From: a virus
Strand: one strand, 5' to 3'
IMG/VR virus record: IMGVR_UViG_3300021599_002733
DNA length: 64,000 bases
How positions within the stretch are numbered: the stretch's first letter is position 1; each line of letters starts with the position of its first letter. A program made the translations under genes and the position numbers. The notes below the pieces were generated by a model that searched no databases, was not told the DNA's origin, and saw only the letters and a program-made list of their open reading frames with translations. Shown piece after piece: positions 18,067 through 29,562 of the stretch.

Positions 18067-19047
18067 TTATTTTATAATTCCTGCTCGTCTTAGCATTTGA
18101 TATCTTTCAAAATCAAAATCTAAAGATTCTTTCAGTTTTGTTTTAAAGTCAAAAGCTATTGGTTGTAGAGCTGCTCTTTGAGATGCTGTTATACCTGTTA
18201 CAACTAGTTTGTATTTTCTTTCCTCACCTTCATCAACAGGGGAAATTTCAAATTTTGCATTTGGAACGTCTCCAAGTTTTGCTTGCAATTGTTTACGAAG
18301 TTTATCTGCTTGATCAGCTGTGTTTACAGTGGTAGAAAGTGGTGGAACTTCCTCTGCTTTTGGTTTTTCTATAGTTTGTGGTGTTTCTGTATCACCTGCT
18401 TCTATGCTGATTACTGTATAGCCTACTCCAGCGTTATCAAATACAGTTTTTAATACTTTTTCAAGGTATGCTTTTGTATTGAATGGATTTTCCATAGAGG
18501 AAGGAAATATGATTTTCCCATCTTCTACTTTGTAGTTTACATCCTTTTCCAATTTACCAGCATATTTTTTCAAGTTTGCTGGGGTTTTCATTGGAAAGTA
18601 ATTTGCTCCGTAACGGCCAACTAGCTCTTTTGGTAAACTTTTTCCAGGGAGAGAAAACAAGTAATCATTTAAACTACCATCGTTTCCTTCTGCTTGCCAT
18701 TTTTCATAGCCTGCTTCTGCTTCTTTTTCAGTAGCTGTCCATGCTTGGGGTACTCTATTTTTGATGTCTATAAGTTTGAATGCTTTTTCATCTTCCGAGC
18801 GAGAATCCCAGTCTTTCCAAGCAGCGCCTGCTTTTTGTGCAGGGATAGAAGGACCAAATGCTTTTGCAATAGCTTTAGGGTCGCGCATATTTTGCGCATA
18901 TATACCGTAATTTTCAATGTTGTCTAGTGCTTTTAGAGCATCATCTAGTGATTCTGGGTCAATGGCTAGATCATATTTGACACGAAGTTGTTTTTGGTCT
19001 CCACCTTCTTCATCTTCTATTTCACGTAGTATATCTGTTAATTTCAT
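18067..19047 (-). CDS. putative virion internal protein (MKLTDILREI leader; C-terminal MLRRAGIIK tag)
   Basis: Late motif at 19051-19059; both tag types present. Confidence 0.6.
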   Translation of the reverse strand: MKLTDILREIEDEEGGDQKQLRVKYDLAIDPESLDDALKALDNIENYGIYAQNMRDPKAIAKAFGPSIPAQKAGAAWKDWDSRSEDEKAFKLIDIKNRVPQAWTATEKEAEAGYEKWQAEGNDGSLNDYLFSLPGKSLPKELVGRYGANYFPMKTPANLKKYAGKLEKDVNYKVEDGKIIFPSSMENPFNTKAYLEKVLKTVFDNAGVGYTVISIEAGDTETPQTIEKPKAEEVPPLSTTVNTADQADKLRKQLQAKLGDVPNAKFEISPVDEGEERKYKLVVTGITASQRAALQPIAFDFKTKLKESLDFDFERYQMLRRAGIIK

Positions 19048-19058
19048 ACCTATAAATA

Positions 19059-19325
19059 TTAATAGTCTCCGTAAATGTTAAAACGTTTGGGTGGTTCAGG
19101 TGGAGCTACTGGGATTTCTTCTGTTTCGATTCGGATAACAAATAGTTCACTGTTTAAAGGTTCCAACCTAAAATGAGCATTTTCACCTGTTTTCTGGAAC
19201 CATGCCTCTAGGGTTTCAGTTAGGGAGCCATGTTCTTCTGTCTCCCCAACCAAACACCACGTATCACCTTTTCCTTTTACGCGTGTGGCGATCAATTCGT
19301 TGTATTCTACTTCTTGTGTTTCCAT
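19059..19325 (-). CDS. hypothetical protein
   Basis: 88 aa, directly downstream of groEL. Confidence 0.6.
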   Translation of the reverse strand: METQEVEYNELIATRVKGKGDTWCLVGETEEHGSLTETLEAWFQKTGENAHFRLEPLNSELFVIRIETEEIPVAPPEPPKRFNIYGDY

Positions 19326-19326
19326 A

Positions 19327-21267
<1,941 letters not shown>

Positions 21268-21271
<4 letters not shown>

Positions 21272-21630
21272 ATTTCGATTGATTTTAATAGATTGTCTAA
21301 TCCGGTTTTAACTTCTTTCCAAGTTGCAATATATCCTTTGATAGAGGAATATTCACCTTGGTTTTGATAGAATTTTTGTTTTGCAATACTGTTGAGGGCA
21401 TTTGAAAAGCTACTGTAGTATCCAACAACTTTTTCTTGTTCTTTACCTGTTGCTTCTTTTCCTCCAAATCCACGAGTAGAAACAACTGTTTCCATTACGG
21501 TAAAGTTTGTAGCGTCTTTGACAATATAGAAAGGCTCCATTGAAGGATCCTTGATTGTGCAAAGTGTAGATTGTGGATCAACATTTTCGCCTCTAGCGGG
21601 ACGACCGCGTCGTGTTTTTGTTTCTTGCAT
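21268..21630 (-). CDS. hypothetical protein with N-terminal RRGRP (AT-hook-like)
   Basis: 120 aa; VGYYSSF..AL..I. Confidence 0.6.
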
Positions 21631-21653
21631 AACTATACTTTAAATTTATAACT

Positions 21654-21684
21654 GTAATATACGAAAACTATTTTAAATAGACAA
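21654..21684 (-). promoter_or_regulatory. promoter TTG-N20-TATATTAC (groES/groEL operon)
   Basis: Exact spacing. Confidence 0.6.
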
Positions 21685-21691
21685 GCTATTT

Positions 21692-21955
21692 TTATAAAGA
21701 ATTTAAATATGATATAACTTCAAATAAAGTATCTCGTATTTCATTTTCCCATCTAGAATCAGGTTCAATATCAGGGAGATAATTAGATGCCATCCATAAA
21801 TCTACAACACTAGTATATAATCTTTGTAAATCATTTATGGCTTTTGTGGATAATTTATTATTATTTTTAAATTCAACAATTTTAGAATCAACATATTGAA
21901 TTAAATCTAAAATAGATTTATTATCTTCTTGAAGATTAAACATCATACCCTTCAT
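21692..21955 (-). CDS. hypothetical protein (possibly frameshifted C-terminal half of 21936-22121)
   Basis: Overlaps upstream ORF by 20 nt; NLQED near junction. Confidence 0.5.
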   Translation of the reverse strand: MKGMMFNLQEDNKSILDLIQYVDSKIVEFKNNNKLSTKAINDLQRLYTSVVDLWMASNYLPDIEPDSRWENEIRDTLFEVISYLNSL

Positions 21956-22121
21956 CTTTCATTGTATTTTTTAAATTATTTAGGGCTTTTCGTACACCTT
22001 CAACATAATTTTTATACCATAGTTGGGATTTTTGATATGTATATTCTTCTTCAGTAATTACACCTGCCAATTTTTGCATTTGAAGATATTCTTCGTTTAA
22101 TTGCTCTTCTTGGTTTTCCAT
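21936..22121 (-). CDS. tagged small protein (LNEEYLQMQKLAGVITEEEY)
   Basis: Tag homology; late motif 22127-22135. Confidence 0.65.
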   Translation of the reverse strand: MENQEEQLNEEYLQMQKLAGVITEEEYTYQKSQLWYKNYVEGVRKALNNLKNTMKDEGYDV

Positions 22122-22134
22122 TTTATTATACATA

Positions 22135-22869
22135 TTAAAAAGCTCTGTCTTCTTTTCTTACCATATAATATTCACTGCGAGAATCTCCACTAGTGAATTC
22201 TAGTTTCATCAAACCACTAGCGTTCAAATATAATTTACCTTCTTTCAAATCCTTGTTTATATTCAATATGTTTTTAAACTGGTTAGAGTTGAATGGTAGT
22301 TTAATGTTGTCTTTTTCTATTTTACCATATAGCTGGTATGTAATTTTGTTGTTGTGGCCATTTTCATCTCCAAATGTAAATAAGCACATTTTGTCTCCGT
22401 TCAAATCTATTTCGGTAGAAACTACCATATTGTCGATGTCTCCAAGTGCTGTTTTTGCTTTAACAAGGTTAAGCAAATCTTCCGAGTCAAGGGGAAATGT
22501 AGCATCCCATTCCATCTCTGTTACAGTTCCTACTTTGGATATTAAAAGCGGGTCTGCTAAAGCATATGTTAGGTTAAATTTGCTGTCTTGAAAATGTAGT
22601 TTGGTTGGTATGCTTTTGTGTTTTTCCAATTCAACAAGTAATTCACCTTGTGTGATGTTGAGCAAGCTCAAGAATTTTTTAGTGTCAAAGATGGCTAGCT
22701 CACAATCCTCAATGTCAATGTTTTGACAGGTGATTTTACCTATAACTTCTTTGTTTATAGACATAAAGTCTATTGTGAGTGTTTTGTCTTTGATTATCCA
22801 CTTGACGGATTCGTTTTCGCCCAAGTAGTATTTGTTGATTGCTGCTTGTAAAACTAATTTATTAACCAT
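22135..22869 (-). CDS. DNA sliding clamp (T4 gp45/PCNA-like)
   Basis: Size 244 aa, AIFDTKKFLSLL, YALADP, GLMKLEF...YYMV; near PolB and clamp loader. Confidence 0.75.
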   Translation of the reverse strand: MVNKLVLQAAINKYYLGENESVKWIIKDKTLTIDFMSINKEVIGKITCQNIDIEDCELAIFDTKKFLSLLNITQGELLVELEKHKSIPTKLHFQDSKFNLTYALADPLLISKVGTVTEMEWDATFPLDSEDLLNLVKAKTALGDIDNMVVSTEIDLNGDKMCLFTFGDENGHNNKITYQLYGKIEKDNIKLPFNSNQFKNILNINKDLKEGKLYLNASGLMKLEFTSGDSRSEYYMVRKEDRAF

Positions 22870-22873
22870 GTGT

Positions 22874-22914
22874 TAAAGATAAGAAAAAGCCTGTCGGTAG
22901 ACAAGCTTTTCTAT
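22874..22914 (-). terminator. fused terminator hairpin + promoter, copy of 15016-15056
   Basis: AAAAGCTTGTC-TACC-GACAGGCTTTTTCTTATCTTTA. Confidence 0.7.
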
Positions 22915-22930
22915 AAGATTTATTTATTGA

Positions 22931-23260
22931 TTAACGATAATCATTATAATAAACAGTTTTACCTGCTATATCCATTGATTCTACTTTATTATATGGGTCC
23001 CCTTCAGGGAAAAGTTCTAACATATGTTCTTTATCAAAAGAAATATCTATACCTTCTTCTCCATCACCAGCAGTTGCTACTTTTGGATCACCCATAGTTT
23101 CAAAGTTAGAAAAAACATCACCTAATTTAGATGTAATTTCATCCATATTCTGATTTAGAAAATCAGCTATATTTCCTTCAGTTTCATTTAATTTTGCTTT
23201 GTATTCACTTTCAGTGATTAAACCAGCTAGTTTTTGCATGTGTAAAAATTCTTTGTTCAT
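22931..23260 (-). CDS. tagged cargo protein (MNKEFLHMQKLAGLITESEYKAKLNE leader)
   Basis: Leader homology; start placed at MNKEF. Confidence 0.75.
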   Translation of the reverse strand: MNKEFLHMQKLAGLITESEYKAKLNETEGNIADFLNQNMDEITSKLGDVFSNFETMGDPKVATAGDGEEGIDISFDKEHMLELFPEGDPYNKVESMDIAGKTVYYNDYR

Positions 23261-23293
23261 ATCGTTTTGTTTTATTTTATTATATATATTATG
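23184..23293. repeat. ~110 bp dispersed repeat (late promoter + leader), copy 2
   Basis: Aligns with 15375-15484. Confidence 0.8.
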
Positions 23294-23307
23294 AAATATA
23301 AGAAAAG

Positions 23308-24015
23308 TCACTTATACTTCCAAATAAAACCCCCAGCTTGTTTTTGTTTCCCCGAAAGGCACCCTGCTATGTCTCCAGATCCTAGCCATTTTTTTGCTTC
23401 TGCCCGGCTGGTCCATTCTTTTATAAAATTACCTTCTAGGTCATGTTGAGTTATAGGTTTATTGTTGCGGGTTTTTCCTCTACTTGAATTGCTTATGTTT
23501 TGTTTATGTTGTTCTGTTTTAGGGATACCTTGGAGTTTTATTCCAACTTGAGGTTTCTTTTTGCCTTTATTTCCCTCCCCTATTTTTTTATTTCTAGTGA
23601 GATGTGAAGATATTTTAGCTCCAAATTCTTTGGGTCGTTTTATCCCTTTAGGGTAACCATTTGTTCCCATTTTCTTTTGGGATATTTTCCTTGCCCATTC
23701 GGGTTTATATTCTCTTTCTAAGGTATATTTTTGAATTTTTCTTTTAGCTTCTTCGGTTTGAAATTCAGGCCCACCCCCACCTTTTTTTCTTAGGTTTACT
23801 ACTTCGAACCCCCATTGTCTAAATTGTTCTATCCAATATGATTCAATAGGGCCCCAATCTTTACGATCTAAACTATTTATTTCATCTATGTAAATATAAA
23901 TAATTTGAGAACCGTAAGTTTTGATATGGTCATTCTTCCTTGAATTTTTTGTTTTTCCGATATAAACTTTGTTGGGGTCGCCGTAACAGTTTGTTACAAG
24001 GTATATTTTTGTCAT
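23308..24015 (-). mobile_element. free-standing GIY-YIG homing endonuclease with NUMOD3/NUMOD1-like domains
   Basis: KIY.....VYIGKT..R, ESYWI, GGGG, EQHKQNIS repeats, PITQHDLEGNFIKEW...AGGFIWKY. Confidence 0.85.
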
Positions 24016-24062
24016 ATGTATTATCGTATTATTGTCCGATTATACATATTGAAAAATTACAG

Positions 24063-24086
24063 AAGAGCGCAAGAAATTGCGCTCTT
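24063..24086 (-). terminator. hairpin after polB
   Basis: AAGAGCGCAA-TTTC-TTGCGCTCTT 10 bp stem. Confidence 0.7.
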
Positions 24087-24088
24087 TT

Positions 24089-26818
24089 TTATGAAAATGC
24101 AAAGAATTGTGATCTATAAGGGTTTAAAGAGAGTTCCCATCCAATATCATCATACACAGTTTGAAGTTTGTTACGGATTACACTATCAAATAGTCCATCC
24201 CTATCTATATAGGTGTCTATTAACTGAGTGATTTCTGGTGGATCGTTATATCCGTTATAGCCTATAACATCTATTTTGTATGGGTTTGGTTTTAAATATG
24301 CTATATACATCTTATCTCCAATTGTAAATTCAGGGTATTTACGTTGGAGGTTTTTAAATTTAAGTAGATCATTATATATAATACTTGCTTTCGTATTGAT
24401 TGGACATTTCAATTTGAGTTTAGAGAATAATTCACCAGCCATAGGCTTACGCTCAATATACTCGTCTAGTTTTTTCAATCCAGTTGGTTTAAGCAACTTT
24501 ATCCACTCTATAGTGTGCATTGAATTTTTAAAGTCCATTACAAACTTGTCAATTTCGGTTTTGGATTTACCAAACAGTATACTTTTGATTAGCTCTTCTC
24601 CAAAGTTTCTAAAGTATGGAGGGAAATTGGATTTCATGATGTCCAACCCTTTCATCTCTAGTTCCTCGATTTCTACACCTTCTTTGTTTACAATGTAAAT
24701 AGCGTAACGGCGTTTACCAGCCCAATATGCTTTTTCAGCAATTACTTCCTGCTTTAACACAAAGTGGTGTTTACCAGTCATATTGAACAGATCATGCGTT
24801 ATACTGTTTAAGTTTGCATTTGCAACATCCTGTAGTTCCTCTGTTAATATCAACAATCGTTTAATTTTTTCTTCACGATCATTGTAGTTTAGATCAGGGT
24901 TACGGTGTTTGAGCAGATCTGTAAGTTCCATGTAGAGCGAATCTGTATCTGATGCGATAACAAATTCCTTTGGTTCAATGTTTAATTGGTTGGATATATA
25001 GTTGTTTACAAATATGATTGACTCTTTCGTAAGTCTTTGTCCGCTGTTTGTAATAGCGGCAGAACATATTTTAAATCCATCTGTAAAACGCCATGAATTA
25101 ATAGCGTATGTACCGTACAATGCATTTTGTAAGATTTTAAATGCCATTTGGTACAAATCATATAGTTTGTAGTTTGCCCAATCTTCTGCTTTACCTGCTG
25201 TTTTCTTAAGTGCTCTATAGTGCTCTCTTTGATCGAACCAATCCTCTAATACCTCACATGCTATACTTTTTTTATCTGTTCTGAATAAGGCTCCACTAGC
25301 TGATATGGTCCAATTGTTTTGTTCAATTAGTTCTATAAGGTTAGAGGTAGCAATGGTAGCATCCTTTAAAACATATCGTTTTTTGTCTAGTTTTTGGATG
25401 TGTATTTTTTCTTCCGGATCACGTTTACGTAACTGCTCAAGTGAATTGTATTGTTCATAGTTGTTTTTTGTAACAATTCTACCCATTAAAGTTTCAACAC
25501 CCAAATTCAATGATTTGATAATTGAAGGATATAGCGAGGTAAAGTCAAGGTCAGATACATCCGAATATAGTCCTGGTTTAGGGTCAAGTAAATATCCTCC
25601 AGCGTACGAATCGTATTTACGGACTGTTTTGATGTTGCGCTGTAGATATTTGTTTGATAGGGTTTTAACAACTACTGTTTTATCCTCTATACTGTAGATA
25701 TGGCCTTCAATTGTTGGGGTTCCTCGTTGTTGTACAACATGATCTCCCACTTCCAATTCTCTAATGGTAGGGTTTGTGGTGGTTGGTTTGTTTGGCGCTA
25801 CTATACCTTTACGTTTCAAGTATGTTAATATTGCACCTTCATTTAATGCAGTATTATAGTAGATAGATTCGTATGGTGTATGACATAGGTGGGAGATCAA
25901 GATAGTCAATTCAATGAATTTTTGTTTTTCCTCTAGCGCCTCTATAATTTCAACATCTCGAATGTTGTATTCAACATATTTGAGTGGGTCTTCTTTAAAC
26001 AATGTATCTAAATTACCATTGTATTCTATTTTACCTAGTTTAGCATATTTTAAACCAACATCACCCAACTTGTATGATGATTCTTCTTTCATGATATACT
26101 TTTTTAACAAAAGCATATAATCTAGGCTGTTAACTAGTCCAATTGAAATTGGAGAGTTCGGGTTATAGATATTTTCATTGATTTTACCCACAGGAGATAA
26201 ACGAAATACTTCATCCCCCAAACGCTTTTTAATACGGTAGTATAGGTATGGAATATCAAAGAAATCACTGTTGTATCCTACAACAATGGTTGGATCAATT
26301 TGTTCCCATTTGTTTAAAAACTTGCGGATAAGATCATCCTCGCTTTTACAAGATACAATTTGCTTACCTTCAACTGTTGTGGTTTGAATGTTTTGCTGTT
26401 TATCTAAGATAAAACATATTTTTTCCTTTGCTCTAACATCAATTAAAGCAATAGCGGTTATTTCAGCATTTGCTTCCCTGATGGTGGTTGGTGTAAGAGC
26501 ACCTAAAATTTCAATCTCAATATCCAGATACACTGTGTTGTGGTATTCTGGCATATCATCTGTTTTGTAGTATAGATCGCGTAGTAAAACTAGTTCACGG
26601 TCAATATCTTTCTCTAAGATGTTTGGATTTGTTTTATCATATTTGCCTTGGAAAGGGGAGCATCTTTCTCCAAAGAGCGTTTCACACTCCCCTTCATTGT
26701 CTATTTTGTAGAGTGTAGGCCAATATTGAAAGCAATTGATACCTTTTTTATCATCACGTATATAGTAATGGTATTGATCATCGCCAGGTTGGCGGTTATA
26801 GTAAATTGCTTGGTACAT
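24089..26818 (-). CDS. DNA polymerase family B
   Basis: DIE exo I, GYNSDFFDIPY exo II, YNIRD exo III, DFTSLYPS, KILQNALYG, SDTDS, KRRY, KG. Confidence 0.97.
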   Translation of the reverse strand: MYQAIYYNRQPGDDQYHYYIRDDKKGINCFQYWPTLYKIDNEGECETLFGERCSPFQGKYDKTNPNILEKDIDRELVLLRDLYYKTDDMPEYHNTVYLDIEIEILGALTPTTIREANAEITAIALIDVRAKEKICFILDKQQNIQTTTVEGKQIVSCKSEDDLIRKFLNKWEQIDPTIVVGYNSDFFDIPYLYYRIKKRLGDEVFRLSPVGKINENIYNPNSPISIGLVNSLDYMLLLKKYIMKEESSYKLGDVGLKYAKLGKIEYNGNLDTLFKEDPLKYVEYNIRDVEIIEALEEKQKFIELTILISHLCHTPYESIYYNTALNEGAILTYLKRKGIVAPNKPTTTNPTIRELEVGDHVVQQRGTPTIEGHIYSIEDKTVVVKTLSNKYLQRNIKTVRKYDSYAGGYLLDPKPGLYSDVSDLDFTSLYPSIIKSLNLGVETLMGRIVTKNNYEQYNSLEQLRKRDPEEKIHIQKLDKKRYVLKDATIATSNLIELIEQNNWTISASGALFRTDKKSIACEVLEDWFDQREHYRALKKTAGKAEDWANYKLYDLYQMAFKILQNALYGTYAINSWRFTDGFKICSAAITNSGQRLTKESIIFVNNYISNQLNIEPKEFVIASDTDSLYMELTDLLKHRNPDLNYNDREEKIKRLLILTEELQDVANANLNSITHDLFNMTGKHHFVLKQEVIAEKAYWAGKRRYAIYIVNKEGVEIEELEMKGLDIMKSNFPPYFRNFGEELIKSILFGKSKTEIDKFVMDFKNSMHTIEWIKLLKPTGLKKLDEYIERKPMAGELFSKLKLKCPINTKASIIYNDLLKFKNLQRKYPEFTIGDKMYIAYLKPNPYKIDVIGYNGYNDPPEITQLIDTYIDRDGLFDSVIRNKLQTVYDDIGWELSLNPYRSQFFAFS

Positions 26819-26838
26819 AACTTTTATTTAAAGTAAAA

Positions 26839-27087
26839 TTACTTTTTGGTTGTCTTTTTAACTACTTTAGTTTCAACTGTTTCTTCCACAGCTGTATCTT
26901 CTACAACTACATCTTCTACAATTACTGCATCTTCAATAACCGGTGTTGATTTTTTAGCTACTGGTTGTGGGTTTAATGTTGCTTCTAGTTCGTTAATCAA
27001 GTTAGACATTTCTGTAAAACGAATGTTTGGTTGAGACCAATTCAATTGGTGTTTCAATTCTTGGATGATTTCTTGTGCGTTTCTCAT
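26839..27087 (-). CDS. hypothetical protein with V/E/D low-complexity tail
   Basis: VIEDAVIVEDVVVEDTAVEE repeats. Confidence 0.55.
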   Translation of the reverse strand: MRNAQEIIQELKHQLNWSQPNIRFTEMSNLINELEATLNPQPVAKKSTPVIEDAVIVEDVVVEDTAVEETVETKVVKKTTKK

Positions 27088-27090
27088 ATA

Positions 27091-27711
27091 TTATTGGTTT
27101 AAAAATTTACTTAAATCTGGTCTAAAGTAGTTGATGTTTTTCATCACTTTTTTGTCAGAGCTTCTATAGACGATATAATATGACCCAACCTTTTCATAGT
27201 GACATGGTTCGCCTTGTTCTTTGGATCGTACCTCAACTGTAGTCTGCGCTTCTTCTTCACTTGTACAAGCTTTGCTAAGATTCGAGGCTTGTACTTCTTG
27301 ATACGCGGGCCATACTTTATCCTTAAGGCCATGTAGCATAGCCCCATTACCAAGCGAGACATAGGTAATGTCACACAAAGCATCAAGAACTTCAACAATG
27401 TCCCCTGTTTCACACGCATGTTTATATTCCTCTAATTCTTCCAAAATAAAATTATAGACAAACATCCACTCCTTCTCATCGGGAATGACCGGGTTATAAT
27501 TATTTGGTTTTCCCATTACTGCATTGAATTCTTCAACTTCTGATATGAATGGTACATAGGTTTGTTTTAGGTCATTAATTTCCTTGTTTAATGTATTCCA
27601 TTTCTCAATCACATCATCTCCAAATTCAATTTTGGACATCATGGAAAGATCTATTGCTTGGAATTTTAGCAATTCAATTAATTCTTCTTGTTTTTTTTCT
27701 AGTTGTGTCAT
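27091..27711 (-). CDS. MazG-like NTP pyrophosphohydrolase (PRA-PH family)
   Basis: V.EFN...EELEEY...EVLDALCDITYV..G...EV..SNLSK...K..K...Y..PDL. Confidence 0.85.
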   Translation of the reverse strand: MTQLEKKQEELIELLKFQAIDLSMMSKIEFGDDVIEKWNTLNKEINDLKQTYVPFISEVEEFNAVMGKPNNYNPVIPDEKEWMFVYNFILEELEEYKHACETGDIVEVLDALCDITYVSLGNGAMLHGLKDKVWPAYQEVQASNLSKACTSEEEAQTTVEVRSKEQGEPCHYEKVGSYYIVYRSSDKKVMKNINYFRPDLSKFLNQ

Positions 27712-27874
27712 TTTGGTTTTCTATTAAATGGTAATATAATCTTTCGCTTACAAGAGTTTTCCAAACATTTATTCGCTCTTGAGATAAACTGTTTTTCTTT
27801 TTAGGGTCTATCAAAATTTGAAGATTCCCTTGCAATTCTGCATTTATTAATGCTAGTATTTCTTCTCTATCCAT
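27674..27874 (-). CDS. hypothetical protein
   Basis: 66 aa coupled ORF. Confidence 0.5.
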   Translation of the reverse strand: MDREEILALINAELQGNLQILIDPKKKNSLSQERINVWKTLVSERLYYHLIENQNDTTRKKTRRIN

Positions 27875-28286
27875 GGTTTGAAATTTTCAAATAATCTGCA
27901 ATAGGCTCAGCATTTTTTTCTTCCCATGGGTATACTATCCATTCATCTCCAACTTCCTGTGAGTATACTGTTGGGTTAAAGATGGAAGTATGTGGTTTAA
28001 AATGTAAACATGCAAATTTTAGGTTTGGGTGTTTTTTATATATTTCTAAAAATGTGTTTCCACTATCACATATATCATCTACTATTAATGTATTTTGAGA
28101 TATTTTTTGTACCAATGGTAAATTCAATTTATGTGATAGTATAACAGCGGGAACCAAACCACCTCTAGGTAAACCCATAATGGAGTCTATTTGGAAGTGT
28201 TTCATTTTGATTTTAACTGAAAGTAGGTTGGTTAGTCTTTCAATTTCATCCCAATTTAAATATATTTTAGATTTGGTGTCCACCAT
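27867..28286 (-). CDS. purine phosphoribosyltransferase (Gpt-like)
   Basis: GLPRGGLVPA, LIVDDICDSGNT PRPP loop, WIVYPWE. Confidence 0.9.
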   Translation of the reverse strand: MVDTKSKIYLNWDEIERLTNLLSVKIKMKHFQIDSIMGLPRGGLVPAVILSHKLNLPLVQKISQNTLIVDDICDSGNTFLEIYKKHPNLKFACLHFKPHTSIFNPTVYSQEVGDEWIVYPWEEKNAEPIADYLKISNHG

Positions 28287-28965
28287 TGTTAATTTTTAAT
28301 GAATCAAAAAATTCTTTACGTGCTTGGTTAGTGTCATCTAAAAATACACCAGACGCTTTAGTTGTAATCATTGAAGCACCTTGATGTTTAACACCCCTAC
28401 ATGAAACGCAATTGTGGGTTGCTACTACAGTTACAATTACTCCTCTATTCAATTCACAAATTTTGTTTACAGCATTGTGGATAGCTGAAGTTAATTGTTC
28501 TTGTATAGCTCCTCTACGTCCGAATAGCTCTACAATGCGGTTTAGTTTGGATAAGCCAATTACTCTACCTTCTTCTCCAACAACATATCCAATATGAACA
28601 ACTCCTCCAATTGTTTGGTGGTGGTGGGAGCACATTGAGGTAATTGGAATATTTCTTTCAATTACAATACCATCGTATCCATCCGATGGGAAAGATGTGA
28701 TTTCGGACATTGCATCGTATCTACCTTTCCATAGATCAAATACATATGCTTTTGCTACACGGCGAGGAGTATCAGATGAGTTTGGGTCATTTCTCCAATC
28801 ACAACCTAGTGCATCTAAAAATTGTCCATAAGCTTCTTCTGCTTGATCTACCATTTTCCATTTCTCTTGTTCTGTTAATGGGAAACCAGGTGCAACTCCA
28901 TTTGCAAAACCTATTTGCACACACTCTAAATCGTCGTGCTGTTTTTTACGTTTGTTTTCTGACAT
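28267..28965 (-). CDS. folE: GTP cyclohydrolase I
   Basis: TPRRVAK, SMCSHH, GLSKLNR, IQEQLT, HNCVSCRG. Confidence 0.95.
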   Translation of the reverse strand: MSENKRKKQHDDLECVQIGFANGVAPGFPLTEQEKWKMVDQAEEAYGQFLDALGCDWRNDPNSSDTPRRVAKAYVFDLWKGRYDAMSEITSFPSDGYDGIVIERNIPITSMCSHHHQTIGGVVHIGYVVGEEGRVIGLSKLNRIVELFGRRGAIQEQLTSAIHNAVNKICELNRGVIVTVVATHNCVSCRGVKHQGASMITTKASGVFLDDTNQARKEFFDSLKINNGGHQI

Positions 28966-28974
28966 ATACTTAAA

Positions 28975-29265
28975 TTAATCTTTAATTGTAATTTCTTTTA
29001 TGTTATATTGGCTCATATATCTTTTAATATACGATTTTCCTATACCAATATCAACTATTTCAAAACCTTCTGGTATAAGAGGTGTATGTTTTCTAGTGGT
29101 AATGATTGTGTCTACATTAAAATTTACATAAGTGTTAAGGTAATGTTTTTTACCTGTTGGTTTTTTGTAAACAACGCATGTTACAATTTTTTCAGAAGCA
29201 GGTCTACCTGTTCGAACAAATGGTGTTTTAGATGCGATTTTTTTAGAAGGTCTGCCTCTTCCCAT
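28975..29265 (-). CDS. basic hypothetical protein with GRP (AT-hook-like) repeats
   Basis: GRGRP...TGRP. Confidence 0.55.
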   Translation of the reverse strand: MGRGRPSKKIASKTPFVRTGRPASEKIVTCVVYKKPTGKKHYLNTYVNFNVDTIITTRKHTPLIPEGFEIVDIGIGKSYIKRYMSQYNIKEITIKD

Positions 29266-29280
29266 AACTTTAATTTTATT

Positions 29281-29311
29281 GTAATATACGAAGGAGCTTT
29301 CGCTCCTCCAA
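29281..29311 (-). promoter_or_regulatory. promoter TTG-N20-TATATTAC with GGAGC-GAAA-GCTCC hairpin in spacer
   Basis: Exact spacing; GNRA-capped stem. Confidence 0.6.
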
Positions 29312-29316
29312 ATATT

Positions 29317-29562
29317 TTAGCGATTATACAAAGAACGTATTTCATCTTTAGTTTTAGCGCCCACTGCTCGCCCAATTTCCATTCCATTTTTAATGACTAA
29401 AACTGTTGGCACCGAACGTACATTCCATGTTGTAGCTGTTTGTGGGGAAGCCTCTACATCAATAAATGTGATAGGCATTTCGGATTGTAGCGATTCCATT
29501 ATAGGTTTAAAGGTTCTGCATGGTTGGCAGTAACCTGCTGAAAAATATAGTACTTGTTTCAT
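29317..29562 (-). CDS. thioredoxin
   Basis: FSAGYCQPC, VRSVPT, G.E..R.VG. Confidence 0.9.
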   Translation of the reverse strand: MKQVLYFSAGYCQPCRTFKPIMESLQSEMPITFIDVEASPQTATTWNVRSVPTVLVIKNGMEIGRAVGAKTKDEIRSLYNR

